Part shown: positions 50,602 through 64,000 of the stretch, piece after piece
Position numbering within the stretch: the stretch's first letter is position 1
Layout of the letters: each line of letters opens with the position of its first letter
Assembly (NCBI GenBank): GCA_045837725.1
Contig: JBEWZL010000008.1
Span: 124,001-188,000, forward strand
Origin: Vermamoeba vermiformis
Taxonomy: Eukaryota
Direction: 5' to 3'
DNA length: 64,000 nucleotides
The notes under the pieces: generated by a model
Database searches by the model: none
The model's input: only the letters and a program-made list of their open reading frames with translations
Told to the model about the DNA's origin: nothing
Made by a program: the position numbers and the translations under genes

Positions 50602-52048
50602 CGCCAATTTTGTAATAGTACACCCAAATAAACGGACTCTGCACGAGTACATCCGCGAAACTAATTTGTAACGGGATTCCGAAAACGTTCAAACTCGCTG
50701 TATTTTGCATTCCGTAGCGTCCTTCTTAAGAAGCACATTGTACTATTATGGTCCTATAGTGGATTAAGACGTTATTTTGCGCTTGAAGTACCTCCGCATC
50801 GATGCGTAAATCATTGCGAGTTTGACTGAAAAGATAGGCCAAATTGTATTAACAATTGGGATGCAATAATGTGCATGAAGTAATTATAATATATGACAAC
50901 CAACTCTAACGGAATACGAAACAGACTACAGATAGCGATTGATCGATGCGGCTGGTACAAATTACTTAATTGTACAATAATCACTTAGGCGGAAGAAAAC
51001 CTCTTAAATACGTGCCCATATAAAAGGAAGTAAGCAATCATTCATATACAATTCACTGCAACTGATAGTTTAGAAACAGTTTTGATCGGCTGCGTAGTTT
51101 GTAAATTTCGAACCAAACGATAAATATGCTATCATTAGATGCACCCTTAGTGTTACTTCATGGGTATTATTTGCGCGTGATAGAACAACTTATTCACGAA
51201 GAAAAACTTGGCCCGAAAAATTTCAGCGTAGTCACGAGAAATTGACGGCCGTTAAGTACGTACTTACACGATAATTGACGAACCAATTATTAGTAGAAAA
51301 GAGGTCTCTAATCGTTGTGGTGCGGAATTCAAATAAATGAATTACGCTCGCTCACTGCTGGCTAGATCTATTTCTCCGTCTTGAATCGTGTTGGGAAACG
51401 ATTTTACCTTACTTTTCTGCATCCGTCGACAGAAAGGTAAAACTGAGAACTTGCTCGATGACAAATATATAATTATTCAGATTACCCTACCTTGTTCTGG
51501 TGACCTTCAGAATCTACGAGAAACAGTTCCATCTAGTGAGCTCAATGACTGTAGAAGCTAAATTGAATTAACAGTATTTATTTACATGAAAAATTTATCA
51601 TACAACTGAATAAGATCTTTACAAAAGATTTTGAATTGAATTTAATTAAAAAAATCAGATTTAATTAATGAAAAAATTCTAGTGTTCTTAGACGAGCTCG
51701 AGTACCGTCCATATTACTTCTGATATTAGTCCTTGCGTCGTTGTGCCTCCCAAGCCTTGAATTTTGCCCATTGCTGTTGCACTGTCTTTTGCACATTCGG
51801 CACTTGGTAATTTTGAGCAATGTAGACGCCTGACACGATGCCAACGCTATAAGTAAATAACACTCCGAATATACCAGCCATAGTGTGTTGTTCAATGCGT
51901 AATCTGTAGATTTTGTAATTGAATTGAATTGTGATTTTTTCTTGGGGTAAATTCTGGAGGGAAAATCTTAATTTTTATTCTTGAACAGCCATAACTCTGT
52001 TAACGAACACAACTCATCCTATATCATTATATTGATCCCTCGTTAACA

Positions 52049-53674
52049 ATGGTTTCGTATTTGCAGCTGATCTTCTTGGCTGTAGTTTACTTCGTGTGCA
52101 AGCATTACTACGCCAAATACAAAGTAGAGCATGGCAGAAAGAATTTATCAGGTAATGCTCTCACTATAATATAGCGTGGTCAATATATAGGCTATATTGC
52201 GATGTAACGCCGCTATTTTTAAATTACATCCAAGTCTTCGTCAGCATCCACTAGAAATTTCAAACAAAGCGCTAATTTATTTAATATTTAAGTATTAATA
52301 TTCTTGCGCTCGTGAATTAATGAAATTTGTTGATTAATATGCAGTTCGCTCTCGGAACAAAATTTAGTACGAGATCGCGAGACGCAATATAATTACCCTA
52401 TCAAACTGACTACGGCTCTAATAATCATGCCAAATATTATATTAATTCTTCGTCCTATTTTCGATGAATAGCAGTTAATTAATTCACTTAACAAGGCAAA
52501 ACCGTCGTCGTCACGGGTGCCGGATCTGGAATTGGCTTAGAAATGGCTCTTTATTACCTTGAACTCGGCTGTAACGTTGTTATTGCTGGCAGAACCATCT
52601 CTAAGTAAGCATATCATTTTTAATGATAATTTGTAATTTTCTTAGTGCGTGTCAAAAGATCTGGATTTGCTAACTTTTTTGCTTAAGGCTCGAAGAGTCG
52701 ATCAATGTGTTCAAACAAAAGGGCTATGCTGAGAATAGATACGCTATGGTTCAATGCGATGCTGCCGTGCAAAACGATTGCAAAAACTTGATCGCGCAAA
52801 CAGTTACTAAATTTGGTAAACTGGATGTGCTCACTTTGAACCACGCTTGGGGCCGCGTGCAATTATTTGCAGACGTCACTGAGGACAAACTTGATTCGTG
52901 CTTCTACGACACGTACGAGTCGAACGTCAAGGGCAACATGTACCTGATCTACTATGCTTTGCCCGAACTTCGCAAGACGCAGGGCAAGATCCTTTACGTG
53001 TCCTCGATGTCTGCTTATTATGGCGTGCCTAAGCTCTCCTTCTACAGCTCGACCAAGTACGCCATGCACAGCTTTTTGAACTGTGTTCGTGTCGAAGAGG
53101 CCATGAAGAAGAGCGGTGTGCAGATCACCATTGCTGCGCCTGGTAAGAACTTATTCAATCTCCTATTATACCATTATTATACATATATGATATTATAATA
53201 TAACACATAATATCACATTAATTATCGCTCGTTCAAAAGATCCTTAAATTTTTTCACGGATCTCCGAAAATTTTTTTACGTGCAACTTCTGTGAATAGTC
53301 CCTATTTAAGGATAATATCACTAACCGTCTTATTTATGATAGGTCTTATTGGCACTGACAGAGCCAAGGCCTACGTCAACCCCAAAGAGTTTGAAGGTGC
53401 CATGGCTCCCTCGCGCTGTGCTCGTTTGATGGTCGATGGCTTGTTGGAAGGACAACGCGAGATGAAGATGAATCTCGTGGACAGACCTCCTATTAACGGC
53501 ACTGCTATGTACTACGTTGGCGTTTTATTCCCTGCCTTTGTTGACTGGTTTATGATGCTCAACTCGTCGCTGCAAAAAGAAGGTGGTCTTAAGGACGCTA
53601 TTGAAGAGCACCCATTGAAAAAACTGAAGCAACAACAGCAAGAACAACATGTTGAAGATAAGAAAGACCAGTAA
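52049..53674 (+). CDS. short-chain dehydrogenase/reductase with N-terminal anchor
   Basis: TVVVTGAGSGIG; KFGKLDVLTLN; VSSMS; YSSTK (YxxxK). Confidence 0.93.
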
Positions 53675-53749
53675 TAAATTTCTTTTTTTGAGAACTACTA
53701 GAAAAAAATAGACAAATTTGCATTTGATAATAATATCCAACTAAGGAAT

Positions 53750-55713
53750 TTACTTGCTGTTTCTCTTTCGTAAAAATACATTCAATCCATTGGCTGGGTA
53801 AGTCGTAAACTTAGTGCCTGGCAATGGTGGCCTCAATCGATCAGGTCTAAATTCGAAGTGTTTGAACATGAGTGCCAATACGATTCTGAGCTCTAATAAC
53901 GCAAAATTCATGCCAATGCAATTGCGTTCTTTCAAAGAGAACGGCCACCACTTGAAAAACTGTGCTGGATCTTCTGTATTAGTTTCAACAGTGTGACGCG
54001 TCGGGTCAAACTTGTACGGATCTGGCCAGTACTTCTCGTCGAAATGAATGGCTGCCAGGGCTAATGTGACTATAGTGCCTTTCTTGAACTCGTAGCCGCC
54101 GACGGTGAAGTCGTCGTGTGCTTGGCGTGTCAATGTCGATGTGGCTGGGTACAATCTAAGTGCCTCTTTGATCGCACCGAGAAGATATTTCAACTTTGAA
54201 ATGTCAGCCATTGTGACGTGTTCGTGATCGCCAAGCACGGAAACGATTTCTAACAACATATCAGCATCGTATAGTACGTCGTATTATAGATATTTTACCT
54301 TCGTAAACTTTGTCTTGATGCTCGGGATGTTCGGCTAGTAAGTAAGTGGTCCAAGACATGGTGTGAGCCGTAGTATCATGGCCTAGTTGTAAACATTAGT
54401 AAAATTGATCCTTATATTAATATTACATGCCTGCAAAGAAGAAAGTAATGGCTTGATCAATAATCGCTTCGGTTGTCAAGGCAGGTTGACCGGTCTCATC
54501 GTCCTTCACTTGTATCATCAGATCAACAACATCAGGTCGTCCTTGACGCGCGTCAGGGTTAGCTCGGCGGCCTTCGATTAAATCATGGAAATATCCTCGC
54601 AAAAACTTTCTGCAAATAGAAAAATATTAGTGACAAGTGACTGGTACAAAAGTGTCAAATTGGGTGACAGGTGTCATATTGATAGTTTTGTCAATTATCT
54701 CTAACGCACCTCTGTTGATAAAACTTTCTCAACGCAAACACATTGAGGCGTTCCCACGGCGAAAAGAACCAACTTTGGACAGTCTCAGCGAGAGTATTGA
54801 TTGCGTTCAAAATTGGAACGTTAGAGTCAGTTTGAATGTTCAAATCGAGCGAAAAGAATGTTCTATAAGAAAAGAAGTTAATAATGATATTACTAAGAAT
54901 TGAATAATAACTTTTTGGGACGTACTTGATGATCACATCTGCTGCCAATCGCATGTAATGTTGGTCAACGTCAAAGCTAAATGTGTTATTAATGTCGTTC
55001 ATTTTTTTAATCAATATTTGAGCGGCACTATTCATAGTCTCCAGGAAATCAGCCATGTTCTTTTGGTGGAAGATCTTGCTCAAAGCCGATCGCTGCATTC
55101 TCCATTCTTTGCCACCAATCATGACCAAACTGTTTCGGCCAAGCGCTTCTTGCACGGTTTCGGCAATATCTTCCGCTTTGTACTGGAGAGCGGGATTATT
55201 GACAACCTAAATTAAGCAAATCAATTTTTGGATCTTGAGGCGAAGAAAATTCTCGGGTAATTTTAGTAGTTATTTGATACTGACCTCTTTAGCGTATTCA
55301 AGGTCTGCAACTACAACTTGTGCAATGCCGGCTAATAAGACTCGATATATTGGGCCGTAGATCTTGGACCATCGGTGCGATTGTTCGGACCAATCACTTT
55401 TCATCAAGAAAACGCTCCCTACATTATGCATTAAATTAATTCGAGTTTTATTATTTATTTTAATTTAATTTGTTTGGCGTCACTCGACGGATTTCTTTTG
55501 TCGGTCTCTCCGAATCCCAAATTTTAATCGCTTACCTAAAAATGGAACACCTGGTGGTCCTTGAAGTCTTTTATCCACTCCTTCAAAATAGTCCTTCGTA
55601 GCAATTTGATAAATTTTAAAAGCAATGTAACCAAGGAAAAGCCAGATCGGCAACCATCTTCGCAAGAGAAGACTTGCCGCAATGGATATTAAGAACAATA
55701 GGCGTGTTAACAT
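53750..55713 (-). CDS. cytochrome P450
   Basis: N-terminal TM + GPPGVPFLG; FFFAGHDTTA; KEALRLYP; DPYKFDPTR; heme motif PFSLKERNCIG. Confidence 0.95.
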
Positions 55714-56116
55714 TATGGTGCCTTGAGTACTAATGTTTTTGGTGCCAGACCAAAAAAGATGCGCTCGTGAAAACTGTAATTACGGTGTAAAAATAGTAAC
55801 TCCTTTAACATTTACCCGCGTGATTGGCATAACCAATAAGCTGAATAGGTACAGTAGACTATATGTTCACAATCATTGTGATCCTCCCGGAATGATTTTA
55901 ACAAGTTTGATTCATAATATTTACATTATAATTGGATCCGCCCTTGTCGTGTCAGTATGGATCTTCACCCGCGCCAATTATAGAAGTCTTACTGGTTAAG
56001 ATTCATACGATCGTTGTTTAAATGGTTAATAAAATGACAAGTGGTGCAATTTCAGATGGAATTTTGATTCTTTGGTTCGTAGCCCATATTAAAGCCTTAT
56101 TCAGCATTGTTTATTC

Positions 56117-58645
56117 TTAGAATTTACAATATCCCTTGGCTCTTGGAATTGGAATCAAATCACGAATATTTTCCATGCCAGTAACGAACATTAAGAACCG
56201 TTCAAATCCCATACCTAAGAATTCGATCGAATTAATTCACCAGATAATATTATGCTCAATATTGTAGCACTTACCAAATCCAGAATGAGGTGCAGTGCCG
56301 TACTTCCTAAGGTCCAAGTACCACTGATAATTATCGATGTTCATTTTCAACTCTTGCATTCTGGATCCGGTGTCAACGTTAGAAAATATACTTAAACTTT
56401 GTAAATACACTTAAACTGTTACTTATTATGTATATATTAATCTCTATTATAGCATATTTCGTGCGTACCTTTGTAATAAAATTTCGTGGTTTTCTTCACG
56501 TTGGCTTCCACCGATCAGTTCACCGACATGAGGAATGATCAGATCCATTGCTGCAACGGTCTATAATACAAAAATAACGTTAGCTACTCGGCTTTATAAA
56601 AATCTACCATTTGCGATGAAGTTATAACGACGCTATTATTGTCAAAATTGTACCAGATCTGCTCGAGCAGATCCGCGCACGTACCTTGCCGTCAGGATTA
56701 GCTTTCATATAAAACGGTTTCAATGACTTAGGGTAGTTAATAACAAATACTGGCTTTTTGACGTATTCTTCGCAAATAAATTGCTCGTGTTTTCTGCTCA
56801 AATCATCGCCCCACGTAATTTCCTAATTTATCAAATTAGCAACAATTGCCATTGTACAACTTATATTCCATTAATATATAGTATTCCAATTATTAAATGT
56901 AATATTGATTACTTACTAGGCCGTTCTTTTTGAGCACATCCACGGCTTCAGTGTAGTCAATTCTACCAAACTCGGTGTTGAGCACGTAATTCAATTTTTC
57001 CAGTAATTTCGTGTCAATTCGCTCGTTGAAGAATTCGAGGTCGTCTTTGCAATGCTCCAACAAATCTTTAATACAATACTTCACGAAACCTTCCGCCAAC
57101 TTCATGTTATCTATTATAACAGACCTCTATTAATATATATTTCATAATAAATGTAAAATTTTGTATTAACTCACCGTTCAAGTCAAAAAATGACGCCTCT
57201 GGTTCAATCATCCAAAATTCACTCAAATGACGCGTCGTGTTTGAAGTTTCCGCTCTATTATAAGGACAATTAATACCTTATATTAACTGTTTAAATTAAT
57301 GACAACAAATAAATTCTATTTTTTTGCGTAGATCCGTGCAGGTTGCAAATAAAAATTTTGTTCGAACAGTAGATCCGCTGTGTACCCTTATGTGTATATT
57401 CAAAACGTACCTAAATGTCGGTCCAAAAGTATAAACTCGTCCCAGAGCAGCTGCAAACATTTCAGCGTGCAATTGACCGCTGACTGTCAAATACGCATCC
57501 GGACAGTTGAAAAAATGACTATAATTCTCGGGCTTATTGTCGTTGTTTTGCGAATGCGCCTTAATTTCTTTATCATAAGGCGTTGTTAATGTAAATAATT
57601 CACCATTGCCCTCGCAATCGTTTGAAGTAATAATTGGCGTGTGGATCATTGCAAATCCTTCTTGCTAAAATACCATCATATGAATACTTAGAAGGTCTAT
57701 TATATTAATTATATTATTATTACCTGGAAAAAGTTATGAACTGCCATTTGCGCGCGATTTCTGACGCGCATGACTGCACCAAATGTATTTGTTCGAGGTC
57801 GTAAATGAGCGATTTCTCTTAAATAATCAAATGTATGTCTTTTCTTAGAAATAGGGTACGTCTATAGTATTAAATTAGTATTTAAATCAAATATTTTAAT
57901 ATTTAATTTTAGCGTACTTGATCTGCGGGTCCAATCAATGTAACATTCTCGCATTGAAGTTCTATGTTCTGTTCGGCATGTTCAGGCTTAGTAATAACAC
58001 CTTCGACTGATACACAAGAGCCTGTTAAGATGTGCCTAATATTGGAACAGATCAGCAATTGTTTTAACTTGCGGCGTTGGATCTCGTCATCTTACTGTTG
58101 CAATTTAGCCGGATCCACAACGACTTGTAAATTATTGATAGTTGAACCATCATTAAGCTCGATAAATGATACTGTTTTCTTTGTTCGTAGCGTTTTGACC
58201 CAGCCTAGTGTTTCATGAAATTAGCGACTGAACTCATCCAATAATAATTCCAATTTATTATGATATGGCTCTGATATTAATATATTTGCGTGAGTGCATA
58301 CCTTTAACTTCAATCTTTTCGCCAACGCTGGGGCGTTTCAGGATGTCTACAATCTGCGATCGCGAGATCCTCGTCGTTAGAGACCGAGAGGACCCTTTCT
58401 GAAAATATAAAAATTGTCAGCTATTATAACGGCATGCGTATGAGTTCAGAATTAACGGCCAATGAATATTACGAACCACGGGATCTAGTAGTCCGCAGTC
58501 TGTCGTAGTATTTAATCGCAGAATATGGTTCAAATATTTCCTGAATATTTTTTGTAATATTTCAGTGGTTTTTGCTTGGATTCACGTTTACCTGTCCCAG
58601 ATGTCGGATGCTGCGGATACCGGCCTGTTTGAATACTCCGAACAT
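56117..58645 (-). CDS. NARS2: asparaginyl-tRNA synthetase, probably mitochondrial
   Basis: Basic N-terminal presequence; [85 protein letters not shown]. Confidence 0.93.
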
Positions 58646-58900
58646 TATATATGCCTCTTTTAATATTGTATAACCAATGTCTAGCCAGTTCTAGTCACTG
58701 GCAACAGTTTGAAAGCGAGAAAAAACCCTGGCGCCAAAATGAGGTATTTCCTCCCTGCAACTTCCGACGGATAAATCAGGACAAGACCGAACAAAATCAA
58801 TTCATATTTCCTAAGAGGTCGCCAACAAGCCTATCGACTATATTATTGTATATTTATTTTATTTATTTCTAAATTATAACGGTCGATCCAGGTTGAAAAG

Positions 58901-60217
58901 ATGCCCAAGTCACCTCACTCATCCCAAGGCACCTCAAAGAAAATTGTTGGCGGATCTGCAACAAAGCGAAAGCAAGTGGGTAAAGTAGATACTCCTGAAA
59001 GCTCACCAGAGCGAGGCTACAAGTCAACCTCGCGTCGATCGAGTATGTCTAAACCACCAAGCAAAACAAAGCCAGCAGCAAAAAAAGCCCCTCGATCTGC
59101 AACACCAAAAAAGGTATATTAGTGGTTATTATAATTATTAGACAATTTGGTACTGATTACTAAATTTTTCGGCGGATGAGTGATCCTCAACTATTTCGTA
59201 ATTTTTCTGTTTTCTTGCTCTATGCCATTATTCGATTTTTTTACAATTAGTTTCTTGATATTTTGCAAGGAGACGACTCTTTAAGTATTTTCAGCTCGTT
59301 CGGGCCAAAATAAATATCAGTGGTCGATTATAACGATTTATTGCCCAGGCATTATCGATTGCAAAAATAAAAATTAATTTATATATACTATAACACCTAC
59401 TAACGATAACTGCCATTTAGACTCACCGTTTTCGTCCTGGCACGGTCGCCTTAAGAGAAATCAGAAAGTATCAGAAAAGCACAGACTTGTTATTAAGGAA
59501 ATTACCATTTGCACGTTTGGTAAGTACTATATTGACGCTATTATCGTTACTTAAGCGAAGTGCGCGTAAAGGCAGTAGTACACGTGCAATACACCTTACT
59601 CAACTCAACTTCCTCTTTGTAATCGATTAACGAAACGATGCCACATACACATATTGATAACACGTGCACAATGTCTAATATTACCGCTGCTATTTAGGTT
59701 CGTGAGATCTCGCTAGACCACGTGCGTTTTACTCCAAATGAAGGCATCTTACGTTGGCAAGCAGAGGTAATTTAACGAATATATTGTCCTATTTAATCAA
59801 TACACTCTGTATTGAAGCGAAATCAACGTTCGATCATGCGCTATTAGTTTAAATATCGTAAGTTCTGAGTGTTGACATATGTCATAGGCACTTTTGGCAT
59901 TACAAGAAGCAGCAGAAGATTATTTAGTGCATTTATTCGAAGACGCGTAAGTACACATAATGATGATTGATATGCGCGTCATGTAACACGACCTACCCTC
60001 AAGCAAATTGATGCAAATGTAAGACGCGTACCTTTACTAACATTAATTCTCGACAGGAACCTTTGTGCTATTCACGGCAAACGTGTCACTTTGATGGTTA
60101 AAGGCAAGTATAATAATAGCTATTATTAACGTCAAGGCGATCAATTCTAACTCAACGTTGTGGCTAGACATTCAATTGGCTCGGCGAATTCGAGGTTTGA
60201 GGGAAGCCTTGTATTAA
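58901..60217 (+). CDS. CENPA: centromeric histone H3 variant (CenH3)
   Basis: Divergent N-terminal tail; [36 protein letters not shown]; extended loop 1 ([17 protein letters not shown]); [25 protein letters not shown]. Confidence 0.92.
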
Positions 60218-60391
60218 AGTTCTTATTTGTGTAATCAAGAGACTCTGCGTTATAAACCCTGTATTGTATATTTTGCTCACCCGACGTACTCGGTCTCAAT
60301 TCAATATCAAAAATACTGAACCGTGTTTTATTTATGAACAACAGCGATCCATGAACACGCTTAAATGAACTACGAATGATTACCGCTAGCT

Positions 60392-60806
60392 TTAGTGAGC
60401 GCTAGATTCAAAATCTAAAGCAACAACATCTTCCTTAACAGGAGCCAAGTACTCATTCATGAATTTGATATGCAGCTCGTGATCCTTGTAAACATTCAAT
60501 GCCTCCTTGTCCTTCATCAAAATATACAAGCCAACATTAAATCCTCGCGATCTCTCGGTGAAGTTGTTACCTTTTTAACCAAATAACCGTTAGATCAAGA
60601 TCAAAAATTAAAAAGGTAACAACCCTTTGAACTCGGTAAAAATATGGATAATTTTCATTGATTATATGCGTACCAAAATCAACAGAAAGGACGCCAGGAA
60701 TATTCTTCAAAGTCTCAAATCCGGCGAACAAATGGTTCATCGCCTCCTTGGTAGCTTCGGCCTTGGTCTTGAACCAAACCATGTGAATAACTTGCTTTGA
60801 TGCCAT
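60392..60806 (-). CDS. stress-responsive A/B barrel (Dabb) protein
   Basis: VIHMVWFKTK...LKNIPGVLSVDFG/NFTERSRGFNVGL..ALNVYKDHELH..VVALDFE. Confidence 0.88.
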
Positions 60807-61013
60807 ACTGATGTATCGGGTACGTTTTTAGTGAGCAGGAAGCACAATTTTTGTGTCGGCAAAGGAAATTTCTGGCACACTGTATTGCCATTGGTCGAAA
60901 AAATTATCAAATTTAACCTGTCGTGTTTTCTCCCTCCATTCTCGTTCATCTTTGTCGAGGTCACGGTCGCTCTTTTCTCTCCTGTTAGTTCTCGGACGCA
61001 ACACATAATCAAA

Positions 61014-61750
61014 ATGCAAAACGAAGAAGGTGTTAAGGTTGATTTATACATTCCCCGCAAGTGGTAAGTAAAAATGCGCTTCAAATAAGCCATATCTGCT
61101 TTTTTTATTTGTGTATGATTATTTTTGCGGTTGTGTAAGGTCAAATATGTTCAATAATGCATATATGCGTTAATAACAACGTCAAATTAATTTTACTGTA
61201 ATATTACAGTAATAATAATTTTTTTAGATGCGATTAGTTATTTTGCTTACTTTATGTCGTGTTAGCGGCAAGAATATTATATACATGTTATACACTATTA
61301 TTATGATACACATAGAATGGCAATATAAAATATGCTAACACAGGAAGCGAGGATATTAAAATAATAACTGGCGACTGATATTCCGACCAAAATATATCAA
61401 TAATTGTTACCAATTACTTTACACAGCCAGCAATCACTCAATATAAACGAAATACGATCGAGTCGCAATTATTAACGAATTTGTTTAGCTCTGCCACCAA
61501 CAGATTGATCACTGCCAAGGACCACGCCTCTATCCAAATTGCCTTCGCTAACGTCGACGAGACTGGCAAGGCCATCAAGGAGAACACCACCTTCGCTATT
61601 TGCGGTTTCTTGAGAGCCCAAGTACGTGCCATGCATAATTTGTTTGATCGATCCAATAATTAATAATTTTCAACTCAGGGTCGTAGCGATGAAGCCCTCA
61701 ACAGATTGACCACCGAAAGCGGTCTTTTGAAGGAGACTTACAAGTTCTAA
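61014..61750 (+). CDS. RPS21: 40S ribosomal protein S21 (eS21)
   Basis: [34 protein letters not shown]...TTFAICGFLRAQGRSDEALNRL. Confidence 0.97.
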
Positions 61751-61940
61751 GCACCCTTGTCGATAAATAAAAAATTATAAAATAATTAAAAGCTACGCAG
61801 ATGCAGAAGGATTTTAGCTAAGCTTTATTGTTTATAGAAGTACAAGTACAGAAACAGCTGAATAATTGAAGAAAGAAAATTGCTGTCTCACCATCAAAAT
61901 TTGTTGGATATATAACGCTAGTTAGGCAACGGCTCAGGCC

Positions 61941-64000
61941 TCAGTGCGCGTACATGTCAGGGCTCGATCCGCGTGGAGAGAGAATGGCTATTTCTTCTTT
62001 CTCTAGCAATCTATTGTCTCATTAGTGTCTGTGCGCACCGATTACAATAATCCTTACGATTTGTAGAGCTCTTCCAAGTGCTGCAATGTCGATCTGCGCT
62101 TGATCAAAGGGATGCCGGTGGCTAACGGGAGAGTAAGCATTTATCGATTTCATTCACCTTAGTTACTTACTAGCTACTACTTTCTGATAGTATTGAGATC
62201 TCAGGAAGTTTGGCAAGAACTCTGAGCGCACCATCGTGGTAACGAGCTCCATCACGCCGCTGAACAACTCGGGATCTGCAGCTTCAACACCTTGCAGTAT
62301 AGTCTATTTAACGTGTTAGATAGCCACGCGGCGACGGCGGGAGTACGTACCTGATGATCGACTTGTGTAGCATCAAATCCAAGCCCGTCTTCGCTTTCTG
62401 GATCTATGTACTTGTTGTACAAAAGTGGTGCCATAATTTTGCGCTTATCTGCTTGAGAGTGCTTGTACAGTTCTAAAACAGGATTGTACGGTAAGTACAT
62501 ACTACATTTAGGCTATGTATTAATTTTACACGTACCAGCACTGACCAAGAAGGAGAACATAGTGTCCGCGTACACGCTGTACAAATATTCTCTGAAGGCC
62601 AAGGTAATGTCTCGTTGGAACAGTAAGTCCGCGATAGTAATTGTCTTGGTTCTAATTTTGACTTCGAGCACTTTTCTGCTTGATTTGAGCTCGTTTTGTT
62701 TGAACATCGTTGTGTTTTGTCTGAATACGCAATTGTCGTTAGCAAAGCGGTTGTGACTGATCGTTATTAGAATAGGGGACTTACTTGAGTTGGGTCAAGT
62801 TATCGAATAGAGCCAAGGCGTTACGGACGGAGTCGCTAAGCGTGATGGCCTCCATGTGCGCCGCTAGGTCAGCTGAAAGAATGAACTGCGGAAAGTGTCT
62901 CAGATTCATCATGCGGAAGATGTAGTTCGTAACGTCTTGGAACGTTGTCTTGGTAGGATTATCGTGCACCTCACGCTCGAAAGCCTAGGGTAACGTAATC
63001 TAATTAGTTTCAAGGCCTTTAAATTGACAACCACTTCATTCGTAGCTTTGAATGACTTACAGATTTGTTTATCAACTCAGGAACAAGAGATGGATTGGGC
63101 GTAATGTACTTTTGATAAATGTTAACAGCTCTTGGGGTGAGTGAAGTCTCGGTCGCCAAACGGTAAATTTCTGCAACGAATTCGTAAATTTCAGATGAGT
63201 ATTGCCACGTTAATTAATCAATTCTAACGTACCAATCTCAAACGCTAGGAGAAGAGCGTCTATTAATTTGATTGATTCAAGGTAGCTTGCGAATCCGGCG
63301 CACAACTCCTTGTTGTAGAACACATCGCTGTAAGAGAGTTCGTTATCTTCCACGATATCCATGGTAGCCCGCTTAGATAAGAATTCATTGAGCTTTTCCA
63401 TGGTACCAGCTTCGATCGTAGGTATTAATGCCAAATTCCGGATTTACAACCTAGAACTTTTTTGCATGTACTTACCTCTACCCTTTCTAGTTTCGATTTC
63501 CTCTTCACTCGAAGCTATATACGATATCATTAGATACCTTCCACAAGCGTACCAGGTACATACAATCGACGATCTCTTGGAAGAACTTGGACTTCTTGTA
63601 GCCAGCCCAGCATTGCATGGAAAGAATCGCCCAAAGCTGTTCTTGCACTTCGGAGAAGGTGTCCTTCTGAGGATTCTCGAGTGCCTTCTTTCTGAGGTCC
63701 TAAAACCAAATTGAAACTCCGATCAGATGCGTTCAAATTCGGTTTGAATTTTCCTACCTCGACGTCGAAGTTATCTACATAGAGATAGTACTCGCTGGAT
63801 TCTTCGAAGTACTTATGGAATATTTCTTGAGCTCGTTTTTCTCTTTGAGCGAGCGAAACCATCGAGTACAATTCTAACGGGTTCGATCAGATGCGAAAAT
63901 TGGCGTATTTTCGGATAAAATACCTGCTTCGAGCCAGAATGATAATGTTTCGTTGGCGTGGATACTATGAAGATATTTTCTGAAGCTGGCCATGACAATC
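61941..64000 (-). CDS. multi-RGS-domain protein, 5' end outside window
   Basis: Repeated RGS-like units: RAQEIFHKYF; FASYLESI..LLLAFEI..AVNIYQKYI; AFREYLYSVYADTMFSFL..LLYNKYIDP. Confidence 0.75.

Noticed and set aside
50600-52000. Short ORFs and splice-like signals (e.g. 51665-51895)
   Set aside because: Could not assemble a coherent reading frame or recognise a domain.
59947-60057. ATGATGA C-box-like motif in a CENP-A intron
   Set aside because: No downstream CTGA D box, so no C/D snoRNA call.
1-64000. CRISPR arrays, operons, prokaryotic defence systems, autonomous transposons
   Set aside because: Sequence is intron-rich eukaryotic DNA; no spaced direct repeats, transposase or reverse-transcriptase motifs seen.

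Overview
Gene-dense eukaryotic genomic DNA with about 30 mostly spliced protein-coding genes, AT-rich introns and CTAAC-type branch points. A Dictyostelium-type STAT suggests an amoebozoan (inference; species not determined). Recognisable genes include a TMEM214-like protein, an Arf GTPase fusion, a CS+Sel1 protein, a vWA protein, LRR and TPR proteins, STAT, a dual-specificity phosphatase, three F-box genes, two intronless 14-3-3-like genes, an RNA ligase-type nucleotidyltransferase, a YTH protein, two GPI-type surface proteins, a GT77-like glycosyltransferase, LAMTOR3, WD40, SDR, P450, AsnRS, CENP-A, Dabb, RPS21 and a multi-RGS protein. The most striking pattern is that long introns carry cargo. 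An intronless tRNA-Tyr and two dispersed 5S rRNA cassettes each sit in an intron in host-sense orientation. The RNA-ligase intron that splits the catalytic KxDG motif holds a ~280-nt nested hairpin whose 35-bp outer stem pairs fully (with G-U) only on the pre-mRNA strand. About 44.7-47.8 kb is C-homopolymer-rich sequence, most likely an assembly artefact. Gene models were spliced by eye, so boundaries are approximate where stated.
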